Part shown: positions 13,431 through 26,604 of the stretch, in pieces
How positions within the stretch are numbered: position 1 is the stretch's first letter
How the letters are laid out: the number at the start of each line of letters is the position of its first letter
Assembly (NCBI RefSeq): GCF_004010195.1
Contig: NC_057718.1
Span: forward strand, 91,936,892 to 92,000,891
DNA length: 64,000 nt
Source of the DNA: Chiloscyllium plagiosum
Lineage: Eukaryota
Direction of reading: 5' to 3'
Program-made: the position numbers and the translations under genes
Notes under the pieces: generated by a model
The model's input: the letters and a program-made list of their open reading frames with translations, nothing else
Told to the model about the DNA's origin: nothing
Database searches by the model: none

Positions 13431-14474
13431 GTTACAACTGTAACAGAAAGATGGCACTGATAATCAATACCACTCCTCCAATCACACTATTAGCATGAGT
13501 TTATTGATTCAATTACCAAAAGGGCTTGTTGAGTCTTTTTTGTAAGACTACCCAGAATAAGAGGGGCTTTCACAAAGATTCTTCTATGAACTCAAAATCA
13601 TCCATTTGTTAAAACAAAATTTACTTTTAAAATAAGGGACAATGGTTAGCATTAAAACTATAGTCCGGAATTAGAAACACATTCCTTTAATCCCAAACAT
13701 AACATAGCCATTTTACATAAAAAAGCCAGAGTTCAGAAAAAAATTGTCAAGGGTCTGAAAACACAGGATAGAATGTGAAGATAATTAAAAATTCATTCAT
13801 GGGATGTGAACCTGGCTGGCTGGGCAGCATTTATTGCCCATCCTTAATTGTCCTTGAGATGGTGGTTTACAGCTGCCTTCTTGAACCCCGGGAGTCCTTG
13901 TCCACAATTTCTCAAAGTACATTGGATTTCCTGTCAACCAAATCAAATTACTGAAAGCTGTAGACTGATGGAAGATCTTCAGTTTGGACTGAAATCAAAC
14001 TGGTTGACTCTTTGGGAAGTGAACACAACATGCCTGAAAAGGATGATTAAAATAGAGAATTATAATAAAGGTGGTGAACGTGGGAACAGAGGTAGGCAAG
14101 AGCAATCATTAAGAAGAAACTACCCAGAGAAGGTGCACAATGAAGTAACATACCATCTCTTCAACACTGGTTGACAAAAATTCAATGAATGTTTAGTTTC
14201 AAGTAGCTTTTCAGGCAGTACAATGAGGGATTCTTATTACGGATTTTGCATATTATGCAGGCGAATGCCTGAAGTATAACAACCCAAAGAATAATTAGGG
14301 TACTATGAAAGGGTTTCACTTAACCCGCAAGTAAATTAAACGTTTGTTCATTAACTGTTGATGATTTATCCATCATCTGTCCAGACTGCTCCAACTCTGA
14401 AAATTGCTTTGATCAGGGCACATAAGTGAAAGTAGTGATGGGTTTGCCACACCTCCACTTCTCAGTGACAGATC

Positions 14475-14948
14475 AGGGTATGATCCCTAGAATGGTAGGT
14501 CTAACATTCGAGGAACGGCTGAGGATCCTGGGATTGTACTCATTGGAGTTTAGAAGGTTAAGGGGAGATCTAATAGAAACTTACAAGATAATACATGGCT
14601 TGGAAAGGGTGGACGCTAAGAAATTGTTTCCGTTAGACGAGGAGACTAGGACCCGTGGGCACAGCCTTGGAATTAGAGGGGGTCAATTCAGAACAGAAAT
14701 GCGGAGACATTTCTTCAGCCAGAGTGGTGGGCCTGTGGAATTCATTGCCGCGGAGTGCAGTGGAGGCCGCGAAGCTGAATGTCTTCAAGGCAGAGATTGA
14801 TAAATTCTTGATGTCACAAGGAATTAAGGGCTACTGGGAGAATGCGGGTAAGTGGAGTTGAAATGCTCATCAGCCATTATTGAATGGCGGAGTGGACTCG
14901 ATGGGCCAAATGGCCTTACTTCCACTCCTATGTCTTATGGTCTTATGG
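14475..14948 (+). mobile_element. CR1 3' end (younger subfamily)
   Basis: [37 protein letters not shown]; tail tatgtcttatggtcttatgg. Confidence 0.9.
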
Positions 14949-15164
14949 TACAAAACAGGAATAAAACCAAAACTAAGCAAATGCAAAGCAGATCCGGTTG
15001 CATCTGTGGAGAGAGAAACAGAATCAACGTTTCAAATTGATGATAAAAGTAGTCATTGAACTGAAATGTTAACTCTTTTTTTTGGAATATTTCCATTTTC
15101 AGCTTCCCCCCTCTCTCCCCAAATTTCAAATTTCCAAAGTATATAATTTTGTTTGTATTGTTTT

Positions 15165-16885
15165 AAAATTCATTCATGGGATGTTGGCTGAGCAGCATTT
15201 ATGGCCAATCCTTAATTGTCCTTGCATAGGTGACAATGAGCTGCCTTCTTCAATGCTGTAATTCATTTGGTATAGGCAGAGAACCATGGAATCCCTACAG
15301 TGCAGATAGAGGCCTTTTGACCCATCAAGTCTGCATCAATCCTCCAAAGTGCATCCCAGATACAGTACCCTCCTCAATCCCCAAAACTCCACATTAACCA
15401 TTAATCACCTAACTTGCACATCTTTGGACTATGGGAGGAAACCAGAACATCTGTATAAACACATGCAAATATGAAGAGAATGTGCAAACTCCACACAGAC
15501 AGCTGCCGAAGGCTGAAATTGAACCCAGGTCTCTGGTGCGAACCACTGTGTTAGCATGCCGCAACAGATCCAAGAACTACACATAGTTAAAGAGGGAGTC
15601 CCAGGATTTTGACACAGTGGCAATACATTTCCACGTCAAGGTGGGTGCCTTGGAGAAGGTCTTGCAGGTGATAGTGTTCTCACGTATATGCTACCATTGT
15701 CCTTCCAGATGGTAACGGTCATGGGTTCATAACAGCCTTTGTGAACTTCTGCAATGCCTCTTGTAAACTGTACATATTGCTGCTCTTGTGAATTGGTGGT
15801 AGAGGGAGTGAATGCTTGCGAATGTGATTCCAATATTAGTAAGCTACTTTGCACTGGATGGTGACAAGCTTCTTGCGAGTTATAGCAGCACCCCACCACA
15901 TTCCTGACTTGTACCTTGTAGATAGTGAACAGTCTTTACGAAGGAGGAAAATTAGATTACTACAGATTCTTATCCTCAGACATACTTGTGTAGCCACCTT
16001 ACTGATGTGGATAGTCTAATGAGTGTCCAGTCAGTGGCAAGCCAAGGATTTTAATATGGGGGAATTCAGCCATGATAATGCTACTGAATGTCATGGGGTA
16101 ATGGTTTGATTCTTTCATTGGAAATGGCCATTGCCTAGCACTTGTGTGGCACCAACGTTACTTGCCACTTTTTAATCCATTCTTCAAGATTGTCCAGATC
16201 TTGGTTTATTTGGACTTGGACTGCTTTAGAATCTGAAGAATTGAGCTCAGTGCTAAACACTTGCAAATTGCAAACATCCCCAATTACGCAGCTGAAGGTG
16301 GTTCAGTCTAGGATCGTATCCTGAGGAACTCCTGCAGTCATGCCCTGGAGCTGAGATAACTGACCTCTTATAATCACATCCATCCTTCTCTGTGCTTGGT
16401 ATGGAAATCCAGAGAGCACATGTCCCCCAGTACCACTGACTCCAGTTTTTCTCAAGTTTCTTGATGTCAAGGTCAGTCATTATCACGTCATCTCTGGAGT
16501 TCAGTTCTTTTGTCATATTTGCATCAAAGCCAGAATGAGGTCAGGAGCTCAGTGGCCCCATCTGAACCAAAATGTTACAATGAGAAGGCTATTGTTAAAG
16601 AATAACTGCTTGCTAGCATGATTGATGGCTCTTCCATCATTTTACTGATGATTAAGAGTAAATTAATAGGGTTGTAACTGGCCAGATTGAATTGGTGCTG
16701 TTTTGTTTGTAAAGGACAATTTTCCACATTGCTGAGTCAATGTCAGTTTTGAGAACGCAGTGGAATAGTTTGGCTAGGGACACAGGTAGTTGTGGTGCAC
16801 AACTCTCCAATTGCTAGAATATTTGCAAAAGATATGGATCTTGATGCGTCCAGTGCCCTCAACTATGTCTTGAAATTACAGGAAG
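15165..16885 (-). mobile_element. CR1-group LINE (second family), with an HE1 SINE inside
   Basis: 3' end aattcattcatgggatg... is shared with 13790; internal decayed RT segments. Confidence 0.65.
15280..15562 (-). mobile_element. HE1-type SINE
   Basis: Reverse complement of the 11338-11690 element. Confidence 0.85.
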
Positions 16886-16949
16886 TAAAACAAACTACAG
16901 TGCAAAATATTACTGGCCATACATCTGAGAAACCTCAGGAGAGGGACTA

Positions 16950-17400
16950 AGTATCTGGAGAAAGTCCATGGTTTCTGGACTTTGTAGCTGTCTTGTATAA
17001 CTATTTAGAGAGGTATGACAATCCATTTGCTTTATACAAAATTCAGCAGTTGTAAGTTTGCCAGTCATTGCAAAAGTTTTTTAAGTCAGTATGTTCTTTC
17101 TGCCGCTGTCAACAATTAATTTTCTGACATGATGATTCAGTGGTGCCAAAATGATTGTTGCTGCAGTAGGCAGGCTTGAGCAATGCAGAAGCACAATGCG
17201 TAGATTTGTTATGGATATGTTCTGTGAACCCAAGGCCTTTCCACGCAGTCCTGTGCCCAATATGTAGCATTTGTGCCACAGTGCAAGAAGTTGTGTTAAA
17301 GATCCAACCCAGTACTTGTTAACCACTGAAGAAGCATTAATGTAGTTGAAGATATCAATAACTAGCCACACCTCCCACAATATGCCAAACACGGGAAAAA
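16950..17400 (-). mobile_element. Very old GIY-YIG endonuclease remnant (Penelope-like)
   Basis: Minus frame reads SCTVAQMLHIGHRTAWKGLGFTEHIHN...NNHF, resembling the C..C..LYIG.T.....RF.EH...HF pattern seen at 49753-50193. Confidence 0.4.
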
Positions 17401-18074
17401 TGTGCAAAGTTATCATACAAAAAAAAGGTGGTTTTGGAGCATTTAAGTCATAAGATGTAGACATTCAGCTCTGAGTGAGATACAGTTTAGGTTTTGAAGT
17501 AGCACACACCAGACAGAAAAGGACTTAATTTGTAATAAAAATTTCTAATATTCCATTATCTTTGCCTATTTATTTTTCCTGTGCATGATCTTGCACAGAA
17601 CACATAATCAAACACTGCTGTTATACAGAACAGAAGTAGGCTGTTCATTCTATCATTCAATTAGATTATGCCTGATCTCTTCCTCAACTGCACCAACCGA
17701 GCTTGGTTCCGTATGCTTTCTTATTCTTTCCCAACAAAAATCCATCAATCTCAGTTTTGATTTTCTCCAAACAACCTAGCTTCAAACTTATTGAGGGAAG
17801 GGAAACAATTTTCCACTTCATGACAATATCCTTGAGTGGCCCAAACTCTAATTTTATGGAGATTTTACATTCACCTCAATAAGACAACGAAACAACACAC
17901 AAACCTTTTTTTAATATCTACTATAACACTGGTGCTAAATACCACCAAAGCCATGCAGTACAATTTTACCTGGACATTTAACATATTGATCAAAAACAAT
18001 ATCTGTTCCAGGTAAACATGTTAAGTAAAACAAAAATCTAAAATCCAGGCACAACAATTTCAATACACAAAAAG

Positions 18075-18210
18075 CTGAAAGGATTGCAGATGGTGAAAGT
18101 CAGAAGCTAAAACAAATTGCTTGAAAAACTCAGCTGGTCTGGCAGCATCTGTGGAGAGAAATCAGAGTTAAATGTTTCCTGTCCAGTGACCATTCTACAG
18201 AACTGGACCA
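18075..18210 (-). mobile_element. Penelope-derived short repeat with a degenerate hammerhead motif
   Basis: Minus: CTGTAGA-atggtcactggacag-GAAA-cat, followed by ctctgatttctctccacagatgctgccagacc. Confidence 0.55.
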
Positions 18211-18218
18211 GCTCTGAA

Positions 18219-18541
18219 GGGGCATAGTGGCTCAGTGGTTAGCACTGCTACCTCACAGCATCTGGGAACTGTGTTCAATTTCAGCCTTGGGCTGACATTC
18301 TCCCCATGTCTGCGTGAGTTTCCTCTGGTCTCTGGTTTCCTGCCACAGTCCAAAGATGTGCACATTAGGTGAAGTGGCCATGCTAAATTGCCCATAGTGT
18401 CCAGGGTTGTGCAGGCTAGGTGGATTAGCCATAAGAAACACAGGGTTATAAGGTTTGGGTGGGATGCTCTTCAGAGGATCAGTGTGGACTCGATGGGCTG
18501 GATGGCCTGTTCCCAGGCTGGAGGGATTTTGTTCTATTCTA
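18219..18541 (+). mobile_element. HE1-type SINE
   Basis: gtggctcagtggttagcactgctacctcacagc head and the conserved core. Confidence 0.9.
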
Positions 18542-18916
18542 TATGCAGGAAAGAAATGATAACTAAGGGAAAATGGACTAGCGCAGCAAGATGGATCATT
18601 AAAGGATCTAATCGTGTTTAGGTGCCATATGAAGACAGACATTTTTACTTACTGCTAACATCTCTGAGGTGTGGAATAGCATGTTGAACGAGAATGGTCC
18701 CTTGCCAGAACCAACAGCAACATTTTTGTCCTTGATCCTATAAAACATCTCTCATCTTTCCCTGCTAAGGTACATACAGATTAAATGTTATCTTATCAAT
18801 TCTTACATATTCCTTTACAAAGATTTTTAATGATCAAAATCTCATCATGCTTACCAGAAATGACACCGAAGCATAAAGCAAATAAACAAAGTTCCTACTT
18901 GGGCACTTCCTAGAAC

Positions 18917-19100
18917 TTGCAAAGTGTGGCTAGAAAAGTGCAGCAGGTCAGGCAGCATCAGAGGAGCATTCCTGTTGAAGGGCTTCTGCTCGAACCATTG
19001 ACTCTCTTGCTCCTCTGATGCTGCCTGACCTGTTGTGCTTTTCCAGTGCCACACATTTCGACTCTTGACTCTCCAGCACCTGCAGTCCTCAATTTCTCCT
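18917..19100 (+). mobile_element. Palindromic Penelope-derived short element with a decayed hammerhead
   Basis: Arm 18925-18968 is inverted relative to 19008-19055; core CTGTTGA-agggc-ttct-gctc-GAAC. Possible TSD acttcctagaac / acttccgtgaac. Confidence 0.7.
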
Positions 19101-19548
19101 ACTTCCGTGAACCTTTTGCATAATATATTTAGAACACCAGAAAAAAATAACATCTCCATCATATGGACAGAGAAACAATGTATTAACAGCTAGGAATAAA
19201 ACTAAAACTTTAGTTTTATTTGGATGGAAATCAGTTTTCAGGCTTCACAAAGTTAACAAAAAAAAAACAGGAAAATCTGAAAATGCGAGAAGTCTGAGGT
19301 TTAAAAAATAATGTATTCATAAGCTCAGATCGAAGATACATTTCTGAAAGTTATCTTGCTGTTTCTTCTCTTCTTTAAAAATGCTTGCTGACCTGATGCA
19401 TATTTCCAGTATTTAGTGTGTTTACATTTCATTCCATTGTGAATTAACTTCAGAGGGAAAATTAGAATGATGATCAAAGTTTGAGAGAAGATTTGTACCT
19501 CGGATGTTCATTGTTGTGGTTCTGTTCGCCGAGTTGGGAATTTGTGTT

Positions 19549-19586
19549 GCAGACGTTTCGTCCCGTCTTGGTGGCATCCTCAGTGC
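19549..19586 (-). ncRNA. Minimal type I hammerhead ribozyme motif
   Basis: GCA-CTGAGGA-tgccacc-aagac-gggac-GAAA-CGTC-TGC: intact core, GCA/TGC stem I, palindromic ACGT stem III; stem II imperfect. Confidence 0.7.
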
Positions 19587-19879
19587 TTGGGAGCCTCCTG
19601 TGAAGCGCTTCTGTGATCTTTCCTCCGGCATTTGTACTGCTTTGAATCTGCCGCTTCCGGTTGTCAGTTCCAGCTGTCTGTTGCAGTGGCCGTTATATTG
19701 GGTCCAGATCGACGTGCTTATTGATTGAATCTGTGGATGAGTGCCATGCCTCTCGGAATTCCCTGGCTGTTCTCTGTTTGGCTTGTCCTATAATAGTAGT
19801 GTTGTCCCAGTCAAATTCATGTTGCTTGTCATCTGCGTGCGTGGCTACTAAGGATAGCTGGTCGTGTCATTTCGTGGCT

Positions 19880-19974
19880 NNNNNNNNNNNNNNNNNNNNN
19901 NNNNNNNNNNNNNNNNNNNNNNNNNNNNNNNNNNNNNNNNNNNNNNNNNNNNNNNNNNNNNNNNNNNNNNNNNN
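19880..19974. other. Assembly gap (95 N)
   Basis: Run of N. Confidence 1.
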
Positions 19975-21397
19975 CCTGTTGTCTGTTCTGTATGTCCAGC
20001 AGGTTGGCTATTGTTTCTCTGGCTAAGGTTTTGTCGATAGAGGTGAACAGTGCCATTACATCGAACGAGACCATGGTTTCTTCCTTGTCTATGTGTGTAT
20101 TTCTGATGATGTCCAACAGCTGGAGTTTTAGATCAACTGTGAGCCACCTGATCCTAGGGAATTGCATTACCTTACTAGTGGTAAGTTTAATGCCTCAGGT
20201 GAGAGGCAAGGTTGTGATGGCTAGGCTTTCATGGTGATCTCAGCCAACATCAGAATTGAACCTACAGTTTTGTTGTCATTCTACCTCACAAACCACCTGT
20301 CTAGCTAAAAGAGTGGGATTTTAACCTGTTGTCAAGGCCACAACAGCAGGTGGAAACTAAAAAGAATCCTGTTGACCAGACTGCTGGTTCTCCAGTTACA
20401 CTCATTTGCTACACCATTTTGGGTACAGGCAGCCATTGGGAAGCAGCATGGTGATGCACCTCATACAGCTTATTATGAGTCTTTGGAGGCTGACTGGAAC
20501 TTTCCTTTCTGCCTTCAGGTTCCCAGAGGAGGTGGAGACATGTTTTGATACTTGCAGGCAGCCTTCCTGCAGCATGTTGAGGGGTGGTATGCAACAACCC
20601 TATCTGCCCTCCTGCCCACTTGAATGCAGGAGCAGGCACAGGCACTATAAAAGGGCTCCCACCTGACACCAGTTGTTATCTGGCTACAAGGTCTGTTTGG
20701 TAAGTTAAGATTTAAAGAAGGTGAGAGAATTTACCTCCATTTCAATGTGTCCTTTCACTTACCTATTATTGCAGCCTTTGGCCATCTAACTTTATGGTTC
20801 CATGGCTGCTGAAAGACCAGTTAAGATGCCACTTCTATGAAAATCGCAAGGAGTGGCGGTTACCCCAAAACGCTGGTTCAAGACCTGGAAACAATCTCAA
20901 CATTTCTCTCACACTCTTAGAGGGAAAAGCCTGGCATTTGGTTTGCTATCCAATAGTTCTAATCAACAACTTCTTAGAATGGGAGGAGAAATTACAGGCA
21001 GTATTATCTAGTCCGTTATCGGTCTGTCAATAGTTTGAGAAGAGTTTGGAAATCTGTAGCTTAGACAAGTTTTAAATTGTTAGCCCTCTACAACACCCTC
21101 AAGTTAGGAAGGAAATTAAAATGATGTAGCTGTGGCAATGACTTTTCTACTGCAAACTGAATTTTAAGTTAGAAAGATATTTGTAGCTATTTATCAAAAT
21201 GCATAAAGCTAAACTAGGTGCAAATTTCATTTTGTTGCTGTCATAACATTTGAATCTCACCCAATTAAATTTAACAGACAATAAAGAAATTAAACTGTAT
21301 TACACAAACTGTAGAATGCAGTTTTGTACCAGAATCCATGAAGATTTGTTCATGATGAAATTTATGGATTCAAATTTCGTGCCGTGTGAATTTTGAT

Positions 21398-21780
21398 TTC
21401 CCTGGAGGGTCGAAGGCCGAGGAGTGATCTTATAGAGGTTTATAAAATCACGAGGAGACATGGATAGGTCTTTTTCCTGGGTGGGGGGAGTCCCGGAACT
21501 AGAGGGCATAGGTTTTGGATGAATGAGGAAAGTTACAAAATGGACCTAAGGGGCAACTTTTTCATGTAGAAGGTGGTGCGTGTACGGAATGAGCTGCGAG
21601 AAGAAGTGGTGGAGGCTGGTACACTTAAAAGGCATCTGGATGGGTATCTGAATAAGAAGGATTTAGAGGGATATAGGCCAAGTGCTGGCAAATGGGATTA
21701 GATGAGGTTGAGGTATCTGGTCAGCATGGACGATATGGACTGAAGGGTCAGTTTCCGTGCTGTACACCTCCATGACTATG
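21398..21780 (+). mobile_element. CR1 3' end
   Basis: Similar to 62230-62627. Confidence 0.9.
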
Positions 21781-22506
21781 ACATAGTTAAAAAGGAACAT
21801 GCCATCCTGATCACATGTTTGTTCACCTTCATTTATTTATCATTTTTGCCAATCCAATGACAGATTTTACATGTTTCAGCTGAGTTTGATGCATGCATAT
21901 TTCCTGAGAATTATTCATGTTTTACCTGTTGATAATTGTCTTTGAACATGATCAATTAGCAACTTTCATTCTGTTTGTGCCTCCTTTTGACTTTAGGGAA
22001 TACTTTCATATAATGCTTTATCACTTGTGCAGAAATTACCTCTACGACATAAAACTCTTCAGTCAACCTTATTTATTACCTGTCATCTTTATAAACTTAA
22101 CCCACTTTCATAATCTGACACAAGCACTAATTATCCAAAGAACACAGGAATTAGGAGCTGGAGTAGGCAATTCAGCCCTTTGAGCCTGCTCTGCCATTTA
22201 ACATGATCATGGCTGATCTTTTCCTGGTCTCAACTCCAATTTAGTGCCTCCTACTCATAGCTTTTTATTCCATTTGTCACCAGAAACATACGTATTTCTT
22301 GACACTGTTGATTGATTCTACCTCCACTGGACTCTGTGGTGGTGAGTTCCACAGATTCACAAACACTGAAAGAAATGGTTTCTCCACTTCATAGTACTGA
22401 ACCTAACTGTTCTCACTATGTCTATGCCCTTTTGTTCAAGACTATCCCACAAGGGAGAACACCTGTTCAATGTCCACCTTATCAATCCCCTTTAGGATGT
22501 TATATA

Positions 22507-23166
22507 CAAGTAGTTGTCCTATCATGCCGTTGTTGCATTCCAGCGAAACCTTGCTTAATAGAAAATCACTTAATAGAAATAATGGGGCCGATTGGAAAAG
22601 TGGGGTTAGGGTCAGACCAGCAAAAACATATCACGAACAATCGCTCAAAAATCACCCAGAAATCTAATGCAAAGTATAGCACAGCCTAAATGAAGGTTGA
22701 AATCATATTTATTAACGAAGCAAAAGTGAACGTAAAAAAGTACATTTGAAAAAGGTAAGAAAGCTGCTCTCTACTGGACCTCTCACAGAAAACTGCTCTG
22801 TCAGCAGCTGACATTGCCGCATGTGAAGAATGGCATGAAAACTGATGCTGATATTGTGCATGTGCAGGATGGCATGAAGACCAGCGCTGACATTATTGCA
22901 TGTGCAGAACAGCACGAAGACTGGCATCAATGTCGCGCATACGCAGACATCAGTGCGTGCACAGAAGAGCTAGAACACTGGCGCATGTGCAGAGATTTCG
23001 GTGCACACAATGGCGCATGCGCAGAGCGAAGCACATGAACTAATCCCCACTGGAATTGCGCTATTGCCAATGGAGGCAAGCTTTCTCCAAAATGCCATTC
23101 CTAATTCTTCAGCGACATTATAGTCAAAATGCGCTACCGAAACACGTGTTATCACAGAACTACTTG
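22507..23166. mobile_element. Tc1/mariner (Tigger/pogo-like) non-autonomous DNA transposon
   Basis: TA|CAAGTAGTT ... AACTACTTG|TA terminal inverted repeats with TA duplication; internal minisatellite. Confidence 0.85.
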
Positions 23167-23437
23167 TACCTTAATCAGATATCCCCTCATTCTTCTGAAC
23201 TCCAGCGAGTACAAGCCCAAGTTATTCAACCGCTCAGTATGACAACCCTGGAATCAACCTGGTGAACTGCCTCTGAACTGTCTCGAATGTCACCACATCA
23301 TTCCTTAAGTAAGGAGACCAAAATGGCACAATACTCCAGGTGTGGTCTCACTAACATCTTTATACAATTGTAACAACACCTCTTTACTTTTATTATCCAG
23401 TCCTTTTGCATTACATGCCAGGATTTAATTCGCCTTT

Positions 23438-25305
23438 ATAATTCAATTAGTTTTAAAATCGTGATGGAAAAGGATAGACCAGATCTAAAAGTTGAAGTTC
23501 GAAATTGGAGAAAGGCCAATTTTGACAGTATTAGGCAAGAACTTTCAAAGACTGATTGGAGGCAGATATTCGCAGGTAAAGGGACAGCTGGAAAATGGGA
23601 AACCCTCAGAAATGAGATAACAAGAATCCAGAGAAATATATTCCGGTCAGGTTGAAAGGGAAAGCTGGTAGGTATAGGGAATGCTGGATGACTAAAGAAA
23701 TTGAGGGTTTGGTTAAGAAAAAGAAGGAAGCATATGTCAGGTATAGACAGGATAATCGAGTGAATCCTTAGAAGAGTATAAAGAAAGTAGGAGTATACTT
23801 AAGAGGGAAATCAGGAGGGCAAAAAGGGGACATGAGATAGCATTGGCNNNNNNNNNNNNNNNNNNNNNNNNNNNNNNNNNNNNNNNNNNNNNNNNNNNNN
23901 NNNNNNNNNNNNNNNNNNNNNNNNNNNNNNNNNNNNNNNNNNNNNNNNNNNNNNNNNNNNNNNNNNNNNNNNNNNNNNNNNNNNNNNNNNNNNNNNNNNN
24001 NNNNNNNNNNNNNNNNNNNNNNNNNNNNNNNNNNNNNNNNNNNNNNNNNNNNNNNNNNNNNNNNNNNNNNNNNNNNNNNNNNNNNNNNNNNNNNNNNNNN
24101 NNNNNNNNNNNNNNNNNNNNNNNNNNNNNNNNNNNNNNNNNNNNNNNNNNNNNNNNNNNNNNNNNNNNNNNNNNNNNNNNNNNNNNNNNNNNNNNNNNNN
24201 NNNNNNNNNNNNNNNNNNNNNNNNNNNNNNNNNNNNNNNNNNNNNNNNNNNNNNNNNNNNNNNNNNNNNNNNNNNNNNNNNNNNNNNNNNNNNNNNNNNN
24301 NNNNNNNNNNNNNNNNNNNNGTTTTTCAGACTGGAGGCCTGTGACCAGTGGAGTGCCACAAGGATTGGTGCTGGGTCCTCTACTTTTTGTCATTTACATA
24401 AATGATTTGGATGCGAGCATAAGATGTACAGTTAGTAAGTTTGGAGAAGACACCAAAATTGGAGGTGTAGTGGACAGCGAAGAGGGTTACCTCAGATTAC
24501 AACAGGATCTTGATCAGATGGGCTAATGAGCTGAGAAGTGGCAGATGGAGTTTAATTCAGATAAATGTGAGGTGCTGCATTTTGGGAAAGCAAATCTTAG
24601 CAGGACTAGGGAGTTTTGCTGAACACAGAGACCTTGGAGTGCAGGTTCATAGCTCCTTGAAACTGGAGTCGCAGGTAGATAGGATAGTGAAGAAGGCGTT
24701 TGGTATGCTTTCCTTTATTGGACAGAGTATTGAGTACAGGAGTTGGGAGATCATGTTGCGGCTGTACAGGACATTGGTTAGGCCACTGTTGGAATATCGC
24801 GTGCAATTCTGGTCTCCTTCGTATCGGAAAGATCTTGTGAAACTTGAAAGGATTCAGAGGAGATTTACAAGGATGTTGCCAGGGTTGGAGGATTTGAGCT
24901 ATAGGGAGAGGCTGAACAGGCTGGGGCTGTTTTCATTGGAGCGTCAGAGGCTGAGGGGTGACCTTATAGAGGACAAAATTATGAGGGGCATGGATAGGAT
25001 GAATAGACAAGTCTTTGCCCTGGGATCAGGGAGTCCAGAACGAGAGGGCATAGGTTTAGGGTGCGAGGGGAAAGATATAAAAGAGACCTAACAGGCAACT
25101 TTTGCCAGAGGATGTGGTGGAGGCTGGTACAATTGCAACAGTTAAGAGACATTTGGATGGGTATATGAATAGCAAGGGTTTGGAGAGATATGGGCCAGGT
25201 GCTGGCAAGTGGGACTAGATCGGGTTGGGATATCTGGTCGGCGTGGACAGGTTGAACCGAAGGGTCTGTTTCCATGTTGTACATCGCTATAACTCTATGA
25301 CGCTA
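23438..25305 (+). mobile_element. Young CR1 LINE, 5'-truncated sibling of 58480-62627
   Basis: Close match to 60630-62627; [28 protein letters not shown]. Confidence 0.95.
23848..24320. other. Assembly gap (473 N)
   Basis: Run of N. Confidence 1.
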
Positions 25306-26604
25306 TAATTATATGCTGCATCTGCATACCCACTTTCCGTGATTCATGCACAAAAAAACCTAGAACCCTCTATAGCGCCACACTTTGAATCTGCTTGCCA
25401 TTTAAATAATAATTTGCCCTCGTATTTTTCTAGCCAAATTGGACAACCTCACACCTATCTACATTAGATTCTGGCCCATTCTCCTCGCCTATCATTATCC
25501 ACCTGTAAACTCATTATTGCATTACATTTGGTCCAGTCTTTCATGAGGCACCTTGTCAAATGCCTTTTGAAAGCCTAGATATACCAAATCCACCAGATCC
25601 CCATTATCCACCTTGCTGGTTACATCCTCAAAGAACCCTGACAAGTTTGTCAAGCACAATTTATTGATAGCTTTCTTCTATCAATGTTATTCAGCTTATT
25701 TTAAAGAAATAACCTGCATCACATTTTAATTTTCTTTTGTCAAATTAAGTTAAACTCAGTCAATCCCTTCATGTGTTGAAGTTTTATATATTTAAGATTC
25801 ATTTTTGGTTCTGTGGTGTCTTCAATATTGCACAGAATTATCCCTTTGACACAGAATACTCAAGGCTGAATATAACATTGCTTTAGAAAAAAACTGAAAA
25901 TGTTGTTGTGTAATAGAACTTTCAGCCTCTGTTCAAAGAAAATGCAAGATACATTACTTCACTTTACTGTCCAAAAAGCTACAACTTGTCTTTTTCCTTA
26001 AACTTACCTGTTTTATGCTGCAAGCATTTTATTTCAGACATAGAAGAATCATAGATATGTACAGCATGGAAATAGACACTTTGGTCCAACTTGTCCACGC
26101 TGACCAGATATCCTAAATAAATTTTGTCCCATTTGCCAAAATTTGGCCCATCTTCTTCTAAACCCATCTTATTCATGTACCCATCCAGATGCCTTTTACA
26201 TGTTCTAATTGTACCAGCCTCCACCACTTCCACTGGCAGTTCATTCCATGCATACACCACTCTCTGCGTGAAAATGTTGCCCCTTTCGCCACTTTTAAAT
26301 CTTTTCCCTCTCATCTTAAACTTCTAATTTTGGACTTCCCTATTCGGAGGAAATGGCCTTGATTATTCACCCTATCCATGCTCCTCATGATTTTATAAAC
26401 CACTATAGGATCACCCTTCAGCCTCTGACACGCAGGAAAAACAGCCTTAGCCTATTTAGCTTCTTTCTATAACTCAAAATCTCCAACCCTGCCAACATCC
26501 CTGTAAATCTTTTCTGAAACTTTTCAAATTTCACAACATCTTTCCTGTAGCAAAGAGACCAGAACTGAATTCAGTATTCCAAAAGTGGCGTAACCAATGT
26601 CCTG

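Larger units (their letters stand above)
19505..20120 (-). mobile_element. Penelope-like retroelement (RT and GIY-YIG fragments, 3' end with hammerhead)
   Basis: THIDKEETMVSFDVMALFTSIDKTLARETI is a PLE RT motif; spans an assembly gap. Confidence 0.9.
22138..25660 (-). mobile_element. Old CR1 remnant hosting a Tigger-like MITE and a young CR1
   Basis: Tail (gaacacaggaattaggagctggagtaggc) at 22138; pieces resume at about 23169-23435 and about 25305-25660. Confidence 0.7.

Noticed and set aside
17081..17464. 127-aa minus-strand ORF as a novel gene
   Set aside because: No recognisable domain; an alternative frame shows a decayed GIY-YIG pattern, so it is better explained as a transposon relic.
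18653..18737. 85-nt minus-strand segment with tag|G and |gtaagt signals
   Set aside because: No frame resembles the expected exon 4 (KILQFLPERI..RW..SIG); no other support.
20762..20820. Minus-strand ...AGATGG...ATAG|gtaagt resembling the end of exon 4
   Set aside because: Reads RWPKAAIIG with wrong spacing and no upstream LPER motif; sits in an old unclassified repeat.
23737..24526. Long ORFs of 182-227 aa in the ORF track
   Set aside because: Artefacts of translating through the N gap.
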